Translations under genes and position numbers: made by a program
From: Syntrophorhabdaceae bacterium
Lineage (GTDB): Bacteria; Desulfobacterota; Syntrophorhabdia; Syntrophorhabdales; Syntrophorhabdaceae
DNA: 64,000 bases
Direction of reading: 5' to 3'
Assembly (NCBI GenBank): GCA_963666485.2
Contig: CAXXUO010000009.1
Coordinates: 433,517 to 497,516, forward strand
Notes under the pieces: model-generated
The model's input: only the letters and a program-made list of their open reading frames with translations
What the model was told of the DNA's origin: nothing
Database searches by the model: none
In this document: positions 55,172 to 64,000 of the stretch, in pieces
Numbering within the stretch: the first letter of the stretch is position 1
How the letters are laid out: each line of letters starts with the position of its first letter

Positions 55172-55191
55172 TATCCTTTGTGTTTCCGATT

Positions 55192-55530
55192 TTAGAGACG
55201 CCTTTCATCCCAATATCGAATTATTGCCGCTATAGCTGGTGCATCCCGGTGAGGACATGCCCCCCAGTGACTCAACCCATAGGACTTCGTCAAGTATCGC
55301 GCCGATTGCGGCAGGGTTTTCCACCTTTCAAAAATGATCCTGATATCAATGTATTTTAAAGTGTAGGATTTTTCTTTACTGTTGACGATAGTAATCGATT
55401 TCTCTCTCTTATTATAGAGGGCCCTAAAAGGTATTTTTTGAGCCAATGTACCAAACGTTTTGGGTTCGATAAGGTTTTCCGATACCCAATTTACGAAATC
55501 GTCAAAATTAATTTCCTCTAAATCAAGCAA
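55192..55530 (-). CDS. Hypothetical protein upstream of the PT operon
   Basis: 112 aa ORF, TTG start after G-rich RBS, 20 bp before the DUF4007 gene. Confidence 0.55.
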   Translation of the reverse strand: MLDLEEINFDDFVNWVSENLIEPKTFGTLAQKIPFRALYNKREKSITIVNSKEKSYTLKYIDIRIIFERWKTLPQSARYLTKSYGLSHWGACPHRDAPAIAAIIRYWDERRL

Positions 55531-55637
55531 TGCCAGCCCCCCCCAAAATAAATCTACATTTTACTCAACGGATAACACCCCAATCAATAATACCACAGCT
55601 ATATTGACAACATCACGTCACTATACCGAAATATGAA

Positions 55638-58346
55638 TTACGGCTTGATATATCGACTATCTAAAATATAAACTTTGCCCCAATCTGTCTCTGATCGTAT
55701 CAACCGACCAATCCCTTGTCGTAGCTTAATATCTTTTTCATATGAATATCTCTGCCAATATATATCCCGGTTCATCGTTCTCTTTCTCGACAATTGGATA
55801 GGATCATTGGGATTGGGAAACGGCAAACGCGTTATAATTAGCTGCGTAAGAGTATCGCCCTTAAAATCTACACCATACCAAAATGTATCTACGCCAAAGA
55901 GTACGCTTTCCTTTATAGTCCGAAACTCTTCTGAAATTCCAATTGTCGAAATGCCCGGCTCTTGTATGAAGAGAGGAAAGCCGGCTTCGATTATTTGTTC
56001 TGATACCTCTTTCGCCACCTTTTTCAAGTCCTCGTAACTGGAAAACAAAACCAACGTGCTTCCATTGTTCTTTGTGATTAAATCCGGAAGAATATCAATG
56101 ACCTTCTTGCACCAGACTTCCTTATTATTATATTCACCGCTTACCGCATCTTTATGACAAATGATTTCCATGGCACCCGGCGCAAATGGCGAAGGGATGC
56201 AACAAGATTTTACCACTTTTATGCTTGCGCCAGGTTTCATCACACCGATGATACCCCCAAATATATCAAACGATTCCTTTTGGCTCAATGTTGCAGATGT
56301 ATAAACAATGCTATCTTTTTCTTTATGGATCTTATTATTTATGATCTCTGAAACATCGACTGGTTGCAAACTCAAGATCCAGTTTTTTTCAAAAATCCGA
56401 TAAGACAGAACATTATTATCATCGATTATTTTTTCAATAATCTCTTTTACATTTTCAAGACATTCCTTAAGTTGATCTAAATACGTTCCAAGTCGGTTGA
56501 CTTTTCTTCGCGAGAGACCAGCCTCTTTGGGATTGTCCAAGTTGTCCAGCACATCAAACTGCTTTACAATGTCAGTAATATTCTCTTTAATTGGGTTCAA
56601 ATGATTTTCTAAGTGTCCGTTTTTAAATTTGTGGTCATTGGGTCTTAAATGATGCATTTCAGTCACATTTGAATTTGTATGATTGTTCATGCTTTTTAAA
56701 ATCAAAGAAATCGTATTAACTTCATTCTTTAAAGCATCGATAAATGCCAGTACTTGTTTCATCGCAGGTTGAAAGCTAGCAGACCCTTTTGCATTGATAG
56801 AATTTGCTACGTTCTTGATGTAATTAACAATCTCAAAAAGATCTTTGGAAACAAGATCAATACCAAAAGCATCTCTAACAGCATGTTCGAAATGGCTCGC
56901 TTCATCAATTATATAATTACTAAACAATCCTGATAGTAACGCCTCAGCCTGCAGTAAAGCCAGTTTGCTATGATTTGTGACAATCAAGCGAGAAGCAAGC
57001 GCTTCACCCATTACTACCTGGGCCGGGCATGTTTTGTGGCTCACGGAGCAACCGTTCTTTGCTGATATTTCGTTAAGGAACTGTCCAAAATCGAGGTTTT
57101 TTTCTAATACCTTTTTTACCTTGCTACCTACAACGTCCCCTTCTGCATCCCGAAAATGAAAAACAAGATTCAGCAAATACAGCCACGCCAGAATGTAATT
57201 TGGACCTTTTTCTTCGTCATAAAGATCATCAAGCTTTTCGACACATATATAATTACTCTTTCCCTTTAAAAGCGCGTATGAGATATCTTGGAACTTTTTA
57301 TGAGTGTCTGTCAGATGTTTTATTTCTCTGTTATAAATTTGATTCTGTAGATTCTTGGTATACGTAGAAATGGCTACTCTAGAATCAGGATTTAAATATA
57401 AATGTTCCATGACGGGAATTAAATATCCTTGAGTTTTTCCTGTTCCTGTCCCAGCCTCAATAATCAGAATTTGACCTTCATTTAGTGCATGAGCTATTTC
57501 TCTTGAATATTCTATTTGCGTAGGTCGATCATTGAAATTGCGATCATTTGCTCTAAATTCTGCATAAGCTTGGTCAATACTGGCGGGTATTATTTTTTTA
57601 TATGGAACTTTTTCTTTCTTTTTGACGTGCAAGTCCTGAGATTTTGGAAGAAATTGCCTCCAATCATTTGTGTCATCTTTGGTATATGGATTCAGTAAAC
57701 CACCCTCAATGTGACCAAAATAGGATTGATAGTTTTTTGTTATATGAGCGAAAATTTGCCCAAAAAGCGAATTGCTTTTTAGTAGGCAGTATCTTATCAC
57801 GGTGGCATTCGGGTTTTCTGTATCATTTAGTATTTTCCCGCAAATGTACCTTATCAGATCTAAACAAATATTGACCACTTCGCCCGCATCAAAAGAAATT
57901 TTGTTGCGTGGCTTACCATTGAAGAATTCCCATAGATTCTTGAAAGAATGGGACTCCAGAAATGGTAAAAAATACTCGGCAGCAAAATGAAGATCAACAA
58001 TACGTTTTGCACCGGTATAAAATTGTAAATCTTTGGAGATATCATTATTGTCAAACATGAAGATATATTTCTGATTTCGCAAAAAGAAAGTGACTTCCTC
58101 GGCCACCTGTTCCTTCGGAGGAGCTTTGACTAATTTGTCCTTAGAAACGTTCGAATAATGATATTCTTTTGCTGTTGTCTTTGTATAACGTACCAGAGAA
58201 CTATAGGAATTTTGCCGAGCGTTTTCCCCTATAATGATAGCCGCTATTTGATATATGCGATTATCATTGTCGTCTTTATCCTTAGCGCCGCTATGGGCAT
58301 AAACGAACGTCAGGTCATCCTGAATGTCGTCCAAAGGCCTTAACAT
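55638..58346 (-). CDS. DinG/YoaA-family helicase with degenerate exonuclease-like N-terminus
   Basis: EAGTGTGKT, KGKSNYIC, TNH, IIDEASH, SATL, FWYGVD, RLPF, QGIGRLIR. Confidence 0.9.
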   Translation of the reverse strand: MLRPLDDIQDDLTFVYAHSGAKDKDDNDNRIYQIAAIIIGENARQNSYSSLVRYTKTTAKEYHYSNVSKDKLVKAPPKEQVAEEVTFFLRNQKYIFMFDNNDISKDLQFYTGAKRIVDLHFAAEYFLPFLESHSFKNLWEFFNGKPRNKISFDAGEVVNICLDLIRYICGKILNDTENPNATVIRYCLLKSNSLFGQIFAHITKNYQSYFGHIEGGLLNPYTKDDTNDWRQFLPKSQDLHVKKKEKVPYKKIIPASIDQAYAEFRANDRNFNDRPTQIEYSREIAHALNEGQILIIEAGTGTGKTQGYLIPVMEHLYLNPDSRVAISTYTKNLQNQIYNREIKHLTDTHKKFQDISYALLKGKSNYICVEKLDDLYDEEKGPNYILAWLYLLNLVFHFRDAEGDVVGSKVKKVLEKNLDFGQFLNEISAKNGCSVSHKTCPAQVVMGEALASRLIVTNHSKLALLQAEALLSGLFSNYIIDEASHFEHAVRDAFGIDLVSKDLFEIVNYIKNVANSINAKGSASFQPAMKQVLAFIDALKNEVNTISLILKSMNNHTNSNVTEMHHLRPNDHKFKNGHLENHLNPIKENITDIVKQFDVLDNLDNPKEAGLSRRKVNRLGTYLDQLKECLENVKEIIEKIIDDNNVLSYRIFEKNWILSLQPVDVSEIINNKIHKEKDSIVYTSATLSQKESFDIFGGIIGVMKPGASIKVVKSCCIPSPFAPGAMEIICHKDAVSGEYNNKEVWCKKVIDILPDLITKNNGSTLVLFSSYEDLKKVAKEVSEQIIEAGFPLFIQEPGISTIGISEEFRTIKESVLFGVDTFWYGVDFKGDTLTQLIITRLPFPNPNDPIQLSRKRTMNRDIYWQRYSYEKDIKLRQGIGRLIRSETDWGKVYILDSRYIKP

Positions 58347-58365
58347 TCTTCTATATCATTTCCTT

Positions 58366-58950
58366 TCAATCAACCTGTACTGACCAACCGCTACCGTTTC
58401 TCGTTAAATCTGACCCAGGATTGGTCTTGGCAAATGTCATCGCGTCTTCGAATACACTAAAATATACGACAGTTGGTCTTGTGGTCATCCTTGCGTCCGG
58501 CGATACTAAAATGTGCGCCTTGTCCGCAAGAACGATTTTACTAGTATATTTTGGCCCGTATAGTGGGTGTCCACATCCGCAAGCACCGCAATGATAAAGA
58601 ATCCATCCACATATATTACATTCCGCATCAATGTTTGAATCAAGGTCTAACCCACAGTTATAGCAGTGCACTTCCCGCCTCCCCTTATTCGGGTCCCGCA
58701 TTCGCACACCACAATAGGGTATATTACGTTCTTCGAGAAATTCTTTGTGATATTGGATCAATGATTCTGGACCACGGTCCAGTTTGATAAGTTGCCACGA
58801 GGCATCCGTTAAATTAAGGGTTGTTTTGCTATGTTTCGAAAATACTATGTCTACATGCCCATCTTCCGCGACATGAAGAATTCTCCCCACACCCCATTCG
58901 AGGGCTTCCGGATGCCTCACTAAATCATTTATGTTAAGATTTAGTTTCAT
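58366..58950 (-). CDS. DUF3553-like SH3 domain plus Cys-rich (Zn-finger) protein
   Basis: VRHP..EWGVGRI; CYNC..CNICGW..CGACGC. Confidence 0.65.
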   Translation of the reverse strand: MKLNLNINDLVRHPEALEWGVGRILHVAEDGHVDIVFSKHSKTTLNLTDASWQLIKLDRGPESLIQYHKEFLEERNIPYCGVRMRDPNKGRREVHCYNCGLDLDSNIDAECNICGWILYHCGACGCGHPLYGPKYTSKIVLADKAHILVSPDARMTTRPTVVYFSVFEDAMTFAKTNPGSDLTRNGSGWSVQVD

Positions 58951-59265
58951 CTTATATGAAAAAATTATTTATTAACTGAACTGTATTAATATCTTACAAA
59001 ATATATATGAAAAAATCATTACATAATCATACAAAAATGTGCTTTTTGCCGAGAGAAGACGGGAACGTTCCTCCAGGAAATAACTAGCTATCAATTCCTG
59101 AAATGCCTGTTTAATGTCCTACGATTCGGCAGTAAACGGGGAAGCGAGAAAAGGCCACCGCAAAATAGCTTGGCTCCTGGTTTCTCAACGGCTTCGCCGT
59201 CAGGTGGCTGGCGGTAAATAATAGTCGTCACCGTTTATGGATATCTGTTACAATCATCTGATTGG

Positions 59266-59712
59266 ATGATACCTAACGTTTCAGGGGGCGATGTGGAGAA
59301 ACTTAAAGAAGAAAGACAAAGCGCTGAAGAAATATTGGGCCCCGATAGCCTGACCGTTTCCTTGAAATCGCTGACGCTCTACCGGGATTATCTCAGTAAG
59401 CACCTCGAAATGCCCTGCGTCATGACCGGGATCGAAAATTATCCCTGGGACGGCAACTATGTCTCCGGCTGCAACGATAAGGCTGAATATGAGGCCTTGA
59501 AGAATGACCAGCCTTCTCCCACTGATATTTACGAATTGAAGCGTTTTGAGGAGCTGATAGACGAGCATGGCGGAATACTGGTCAAGGTGAAACGGGTGAG
59601 AGACAACCGCCGTTTCATACTTGACCTTGCGTCTCTGAAAGCAGTGGATGAGTCATCCAGAAATTGCGGGCTCCTTGCTGAGTACTCTTCCTGGTTCGTC
59701 AATCATAGATGA
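59266..59712 (+). CDS. CcbP-like (calcium-binding protein family) protein
   Basis: Y..YL..HL..P..TGIE.Y.W..EYE..PS..R.F.L.L..L..Y..WFVN. Confidence 0.6.
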   Translation: MIPNVSGGDVEKLKEERQSAEEILGPDSLTVSLKSLTLYRDYLSKHLEMPCVMTGIENYPWDGNYVSGCNDKAEYEALKNDQPSPTDIYELKRFEELIDEHGGILVKVKRVRDNRRFILDLASLKAVDESSRNCGLLAEYSSWFVNHR

Positions 59713-60102
59713 AAAAGACTTCCTCTCTCGCTCGCTTCGCTAGAGGGCGCAGAGAACGCGGAGAAAGGCGGAGGGCCGGCTGATCGCGGAGCCGACCACG
59801 ATCAGCCGGCAACTTCGTCGGCTTCGCCGAGGAGAAGAGTGAGATTGGACCCGGGAATGGTAGCTCTGGCGCGACGCTTTGAGGGATTAAAATCCCCATA
59901 GTCCCCTACAAATTTAACGAAGCACGGTAGAAAACCGGCTCTTTTCCTTCGCCGAAGGCGACGGAAGTGCCCCTAACAGCCGGGTACCCGCCTCCGAGCT
60001 TGCTAATGGCGGGTGGCAATGGTCGGCTCCGCGATCCGGCCGCAAATCTTTTCTTCGCAGTTCTCTGTGTTCTCCGCGGTCTCTAGCGAAGCGGGCGAGA
60101 GG
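59712..60102. repeat. Inverted pair of the ~130 bp repeat (copy B +, copy C -)
   Basis: B 59712-59837; C 59944-60102 with one hairpin arm replaced. Confidence 0.9.
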
Positions 60103-60335
60103 ATGTCCTTTCTTGCCGTTGCCCGGGACCGCATCGGCTCTGGAAAAGTAATAGGAGACCATGGAGATGCGAAATGGGGGTGTTCTTTGATATCCGTTTT
60201 TCTCTTAAATGTCTGAAACAAATAAGACATAATGTTACCATATATGAACAAATGAGTACTATTTGTCTGGCAGAAGAACGCGATCTCTGGTGCGCGAATC
60301 ACAATATCGGACAGGATTTCTTGGGGGAAATAACC

Positions 60336-60923
60336 ATGGGTGCGGAAAACACATTCAGAAAGTATGGCGGTCAGCTTCGCATGAAGGAAGCTATAAATCA
60401 GGGTATCTCCCGCTATATGCTATACTCCCTCAGGGACAGGGGCGTCATCGAGCAGGTTAGCAGGGGGATTTATCGGCTTGTCGATATGCCCCCGATCAGC
60501 AATCCCGACCTGGTTACGGTCAGCCTCCGTTTTCCGAACGCTGTCATTTGTCTCATTTCTGCTCTTGCCTACCACGAGATCACAACCCAGATCTCGCATG
60601 CTGTCTCAGTGGCTGTCCCGAGAGATTCACGGATGCCGTCCCTCGACTATCCACCCGTACATGCCTATAGATTTTCACATGAAGCATACGGAGCCGGCAT
60701 CGAGGAACACCGTATCGACAATGTGACGGTCAAGGTCTACAGTCCTGAGAAAACCCTGGCTGATTGCTTCAAGTATCGCAACAAGATCGGAATGGATGTG
60801 GTGCTGGAAGCAATCCGTTTCTATCATAAACGCGGGAATATCAGGGTAGATGACCTTATGCGTTACGCTGACATCTGCAGGGTAACCAGGATCATTCGTC
60901 CGTACCTGGAGGCCCTCCTGTGA
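60336..60923 (+). CDS. AbiEi-family (type IV TA) antitoxin
   Basis: RGIYRL..AVICLISAL.YH.IT..YSPEKTLADCFKYRNKIG. Confidence 0.88.
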   Translation: MGAENTFRKYGGQLRMKEAINQGISRYMLYSLRDRGVIEQVSRGIYRLVDMPPISNPDLVTVSLRFPNAVICLISALAYHEITTQISHAVSVAVPRDSRMPSLDYPPVHAYRFSHEAYGAGIEEHRIDNVTVKVYSPEKTLADCFKYRNKIGMDVVLEAIRFYHKRGNIRVDDLMRYADICRVTRIIRPYLEALL

Positions 60924-60991
60924 TGTCCGCAAAGATACTAAACATGGCGGAGAAAATAGTGTCAGGTCTCAGCGGAGGGATAAAAACAGCG

Positions 60992-61298
60992 AAAGACTTG
61001 CCTCTCGCCCGCTTCGCTAGAGACCGCGGAGAACACAGAGAACTGCGGAGGGCCGGCTGATCGCGGAGCCGACCACGATCAGCCGGCAACTTCGTCGGCT
61101 TCGCCGAGGAGAAGAATCCGGTTTGACCAGGGAATGGGGGCTCTGGCAGGATGCGTTGAGGGATTATTATTGGTTCGTTTCCTTCGCCGAAGGCGACGGA
61201 AGTGCGGCCGGATCGTGGTCGGCTCCGCGATCCGGCCGCAAATCTTTTCTCCGCAGTTCTCTGTGTTCTCCGCGGTCTCTAGCGAAGCGGGCGAGAGA
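60992..61298. repeat. Inverted pair of the ~130 bp repeat (copy D +, copy E -)
   Basis: D 60992-61115; E 61180-61298; the unit is a direct repeat of 59712-60102. Confidence 0.9.
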
Positions 61299-61341
61299 AT
61301 TCTTTTTCGTTATTACCCACAGCCAGATCGAGTCGGGGCGT

Positions 61342-61374
61342 CTAAAACCGGTTCGTATACCTAATCTCTCGCAT
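61342..61374 (-). pseudogene. 10-codon remnant of a YafQ-like toxin
   Basis: MREIRYTNRF* overlapping the antitoxin stop. Confidence 0.55.
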
Positions 61375-61624
61375 TGAGTTTCTCAAGGAGCTGATCAGGA
61401 GTACCCGCTTTCTTGAGGTCGCCGCGCCGCGCGGCTTTCATTGCTTCAATGGTTTCATCGTTGGGGACCAGGGGCTCAAACGGCAGGGCCTTTTCCCGCG
61501 CTATCCGAACGATCATCATGCGGAAGGCATCAGAGATGGTCAGTCCGATGGAATCCAGCACGCTTTGGGCTTCATCCCTCAAATCCTTATCAATACGCGC
61601 CCGGACAACAGGTTTGGAAGCCAT
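61361..61624 (-). CDS. RelB/DinJ-family antitoxin
   Basis: VRARID..A..VL..IGLTISDAFR..LPFEPLVPN.ETIEAM. Confidence 0.9.
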   Translation of the reverse strand: MASKPVVRARIDKDLRDEAQSVLDSIGLTISDAFRMMIVRIAREKALPFEPLVPNDETIEAMKAARRGDLKKAGTPDQLLEKLNARD

Positions 61625-61640
61625 GATATCATTTCCTCCT

Positions 61641-61676
61641 GAGCTACATTGTAGCCCAAATATGGTATTACGTCAA
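61641..61676 (-). promoter_or_regulatory. Promoter and palindromic operator of the dinJ-like gene
   Basis: TTGACG-N17-TACAAT with GCTACA-N-TGTAGC palindrome over the -10 box. Confidence 0.7.
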
Positions 61677-61733
61677 GTTTGAATGAGTCGCTTACCGTAG
61701 CAGGCACTTTCAGCATACGAGGCCCGAGAGTTT

Positions 61734-62336
61734 CTACATTCCCATTCCCGGGGAAAAATAGTAGTCGTCGCTGTTGTCGGATTGGAGCGTGTCGGGAGAT
61801 GCGCCGGCAACGTGTAGCGGTTCCTTATCCGACTCGCTGAATGGACCGGGGACGTAGTTTGGCAGATATTCGCTCTTTGGCCGGAGGAATTTTGCTCCGC
61901 CTTTCTCCGAGTCAAGCTTCAGCCTGTCCCTGGGAATATTGATGACCCCGGGGCCGTTGGTGCTGTTGTTTGAACCGTAAAGTGTCCCTTTGTTCTTTTC
62001 GGGATCGTAGTCGACGACAAAACCGGTGTGACCGTATACGTGTCCCGGGGGCGGCGCCCAGACGACAATATCTCCCGGTTGGACCTCCTTCCTGTCAATT
62101 ACATCGAAGTATTTCTCGGCGGCCTTCGAACGCAGCCAGTTGGTATCGAACCTGTTCTTGAATGGGAATGGCATTCCGTAACCCTCTGCCCGAAGCACGG
62201 AAGAAACCAGCCCGGAACAGTCAATGTCCTTGACCTTATCCCCGGTGATATCGGTTGTGCCGTCTCCTCCGGCCGAGTAGCCATAGTCTTCCGGCTTATA
62301 GGTTTTCATCGCTCTTTCCAATAGGTTACCGGACAT
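61734..62336 (-). CDS. NlpC/P60 (CHAP-like) peptidoglycan hydrolase without signal peptide
   Basis: IDCSGLV..PGDIVVW..GHTG. Confidence 0.8.
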   Translation of the reverse strand: MSGNLLERAMKTYKPEDYGYSAGGDGTTDITGDKVKDIDCSGLVSSVLRAEGYGMPFPFKNRFDTNWLRSKAAEKYFDVIDRKEVQPGDIVVWAPPPGHVYGHTGFVVDYDPEKNKGTLYGSNNSTNGPGVINIPRDRLKLDSEKGGAKFLRPKSEYLPNYVPGPFSESDKEPLHVAGASPDTLQSDNSDDYYFSPGMGM

Positions 62337-62337
62337 T

Positions 62338-62898
62338 TTATTCCTCCGTTTCTTCTATCTCATTCAATTGCTTTAAGGTTTCGATTGCGTATTCGTTATG
62401 CTCCAGGTCGATAAATCGTTTCAGGTGATCAATCGCGATATCGAGCAAAACATGTGGCGTTGTTTGCGGCCCCGATATGCGCCATCTTTTTCCATCTTTC
62501 TTGAGAATAAAAGTGATCACCGTTTTTCTGTTATTAGGAATCCACTCAAACAGATTTGTATCGCCAAGTTCCCGGTAGGTAACCTCTATACAAGCTTTTT
62601 CGGATTCCACGCTCATTGTCTCAATGTCATATCCGGCAATTATAGTGAAACCGTCAGATCCCGCTTCCTCCCACATGAAAAGGTCCCTGATTTCGTCGAA
62701 CCTTTTGCCAAAAGCCCGTGCCCCCTCGGCGTCCTTCCGGACATATTCCTCGACGACCTCCTCCGGAGTCGCGGGGTACTCTGTGTCACTCCGAACAACG
62801 CATTCCGTCTGAACGGCAAAAGCCGGTGCGCATGAAATGAGCAGCAGAGAAAACACCATTATGATGATGAAGCATCTCTTTGGAAAACAAAGCTCCAT
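62338..62898 (-). CDS. Exported protein/lipoprotein (NTF2/DUF4878-like)
   Basis: Signal peptide with LISC/AFA; TPEEVVEEY..L.KDGKRWRI. Confidence 0.65.
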   Translation of the reverse strand: MELCFPKRCFIIIMVFSLLLISCAPAFAVQTECVVRSDTEYPATPEEVVEEYVRKDAEGARAFGKRFDEIRDLFMWEEAGSDGFTIIAGYDIETMSVESEKACIEVTYRELGDTNLFEWIPNNRKTVITFILKKDGKRWRISGPQTTPHVLLDIAIDHLKRFIDLEHNEYAIETLKQLNEIEETEE

Positions 62899-63190
62899 AT
62901 CGCCTCCTTTTTATCTGGTATTACTTTTCGTTTGTAAGAAAAGTCCCAAACGGAAGTTTATTAAACCTTTCTTGTGTTACGTTTGATAAGGGAGCAACGT
63001 ATGCAGGGAAGTTTAATAAGGAGCGACAGTCGGGGCGACAGCGACACTATATACCCTGTATATACCTAAAGGTGGAACAATACGGATGAACATCACAGCA
63101 ACAACTCGTTCCAATTCTTCGATAAGCCGAGTGGGGGGGTATATCGTTATGTAATGTGCGTGCGGCGTGCCCACTGTTCCCGGATGAACT

Positions 63191-63949
63191 TTATAATCCG
63201 TATATCATTCGCAAGTTCTCCAGCACCCCATTTAGAGGTGCACCTTTTAGACCAAGACCTTTCAGGTCTACGGGGCCATCATTCGCGATTCTCTCGATAA
63301 AACAATTCATGTCAGCCTTTATCTTGTCTGGAATGCCCGGAAGAGTCTTAACTGATAACAATTGATACAGTCGAAATATATCGTTCTTATGTTTGCGAAT
63401 ATCCTTGCTGTCAATTGTCTCACCTCTTGCGGCTCGTTCCAGCATATCCAGCCACGCGCGGGCCTTCAGTGGTACAAGGTGTTCGGCTCCAATCATCGAC
63501 AATCCCTCGATTTCACGCTTTCCGGAATGAATAAATCCGTAATAGATCTCATCCAGCAGTATGGCTGACAGGCTCGACAGTTCTTCGTCTACGGGAATTG
63601 GGGTCAGATGGCTATTTTTACCCACGTCCAGACTATCCGGAGTGCGGGAAAAGAGTTCCAGCATAGCCGGATAGGTGTCATCTTCGGGCGAATAAAAACG
63701 GTAGAAAAGCCTTCTTCCGGTACTTTGTTGTTTATTCTGATATCTGCCGATCTTGATGAAATCCCAAAACGCTTTTACAAAAGAGTCATCAAGCGCCTCG
63801 ACACATAACACTATGTCCAGATCCCTGGTTGCGCGAAATACAAGGCCCGCATTATCCATGGCCAAAGAACATGCGGCCCCTCCGATAAGCACGTACCGGT
63901 CGTTATAGACATTGAAGTGATCCCTGAAGCGGTCAAGGCCTTTTACCAC
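63191..63949 (-). CDS. AbiEii-like nucleotidyltransferase toxin
   Basis: YVLIGGAAC..RATRDLD..LKARAWLD..KHKND. Confidence 0.75.
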   Translation of the reverse strand: MVKGLDRFRDHFNVYNDRYVLIGGAACSLAMDNAGLVFRATRDLDIVLCVEALDDSFVKAFWDFIKIGRYQNKQQSTGRRLFYRFYSPEDDTYPAMLELFSRTPDSLDVGKNSHLTPIPVDEELSSLSAILLDEIYYGFIHSGKREIEGLSMIGAEHLVPLKARAWLDMLERAARGETIDSKDIRKHKNDIFRLYQLLSVKTLPGIPDKIKADMNCFIERIANDGPVDLKGLGLKGAPLNGVLENLRMIYGL

Positions 63950-64000
63950 GTTACGCTCTCCATCATTGTCGCGAGCGCCGATTCCACGCGCTCATCCTTA
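63943..64000 (-). CDS. 3' end of the probable cognate antitoxin (partial)
   Basis: ..KDERVESALATMMESVTW* overlapping the toxin start. Confidence 0.55.
   Translation of the reverse strand, partial: KDERVESALATMMESVTW

Noticed and set aside
59712..61298. Repeats as a CRISPR array
   Set aside because: Units are ~130 bp, inverted and irregularly spaced; no cas genes
59699..61377. Small ORFs over the repeats (59699, 59914, 60013, 60892, 61123, 61134)
   Set aside because: Translations of repeat DNA with no RBS or protein motifs

Overview
Bacterial chromosomal window; gene content (NrfA-type cytochrome, multi-PAS hybrid kinase) suggests an anaerobic deltaproteobacterium, which is an inference. 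Roughly 1-22 kb is GC-richer, housekeeping-like DNA dotted with toxin-antitoxin (TA) loci. Roughly 22.4-59.2 kb is a visibly AT-richer defence island. Its core is a ~22 kb tightly coupled minus-strand operon resembling an Ssp-type DNA phosphorothioation (PT) system: DUF4007, ATPase and PAPS-reductase, followed by SspF/G/H (DndFGH-like) genes. It has two unusual features. First, the F subunit reconstructs to a ~1524 aa fusion of a sulfur-binding domain (SBD), NERD nuclease, pseudokinase, kinase and P-loop domain. Second, a diverged second DUF4007/ATPase pair ends the operon. The island also encodes a 1041 aa protein with an apparently circularly permuted Hsp70 ATPase domain fused to an FICD-like Fic AMPylase, and Schlafen, Macro and phosphatase genes with integron attC-like remnants. 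A ~130 bp structured repeat with compensatory stem changes occurs 5 times, next to TA loci, two of which have lost their toxins. Several single-base homopolymer insertions are probably sequencing errors. No rRNA, tRNA, CRISPR array, integrase or transposase was recognised. All family calls are by motif recognition only; no searches were run.
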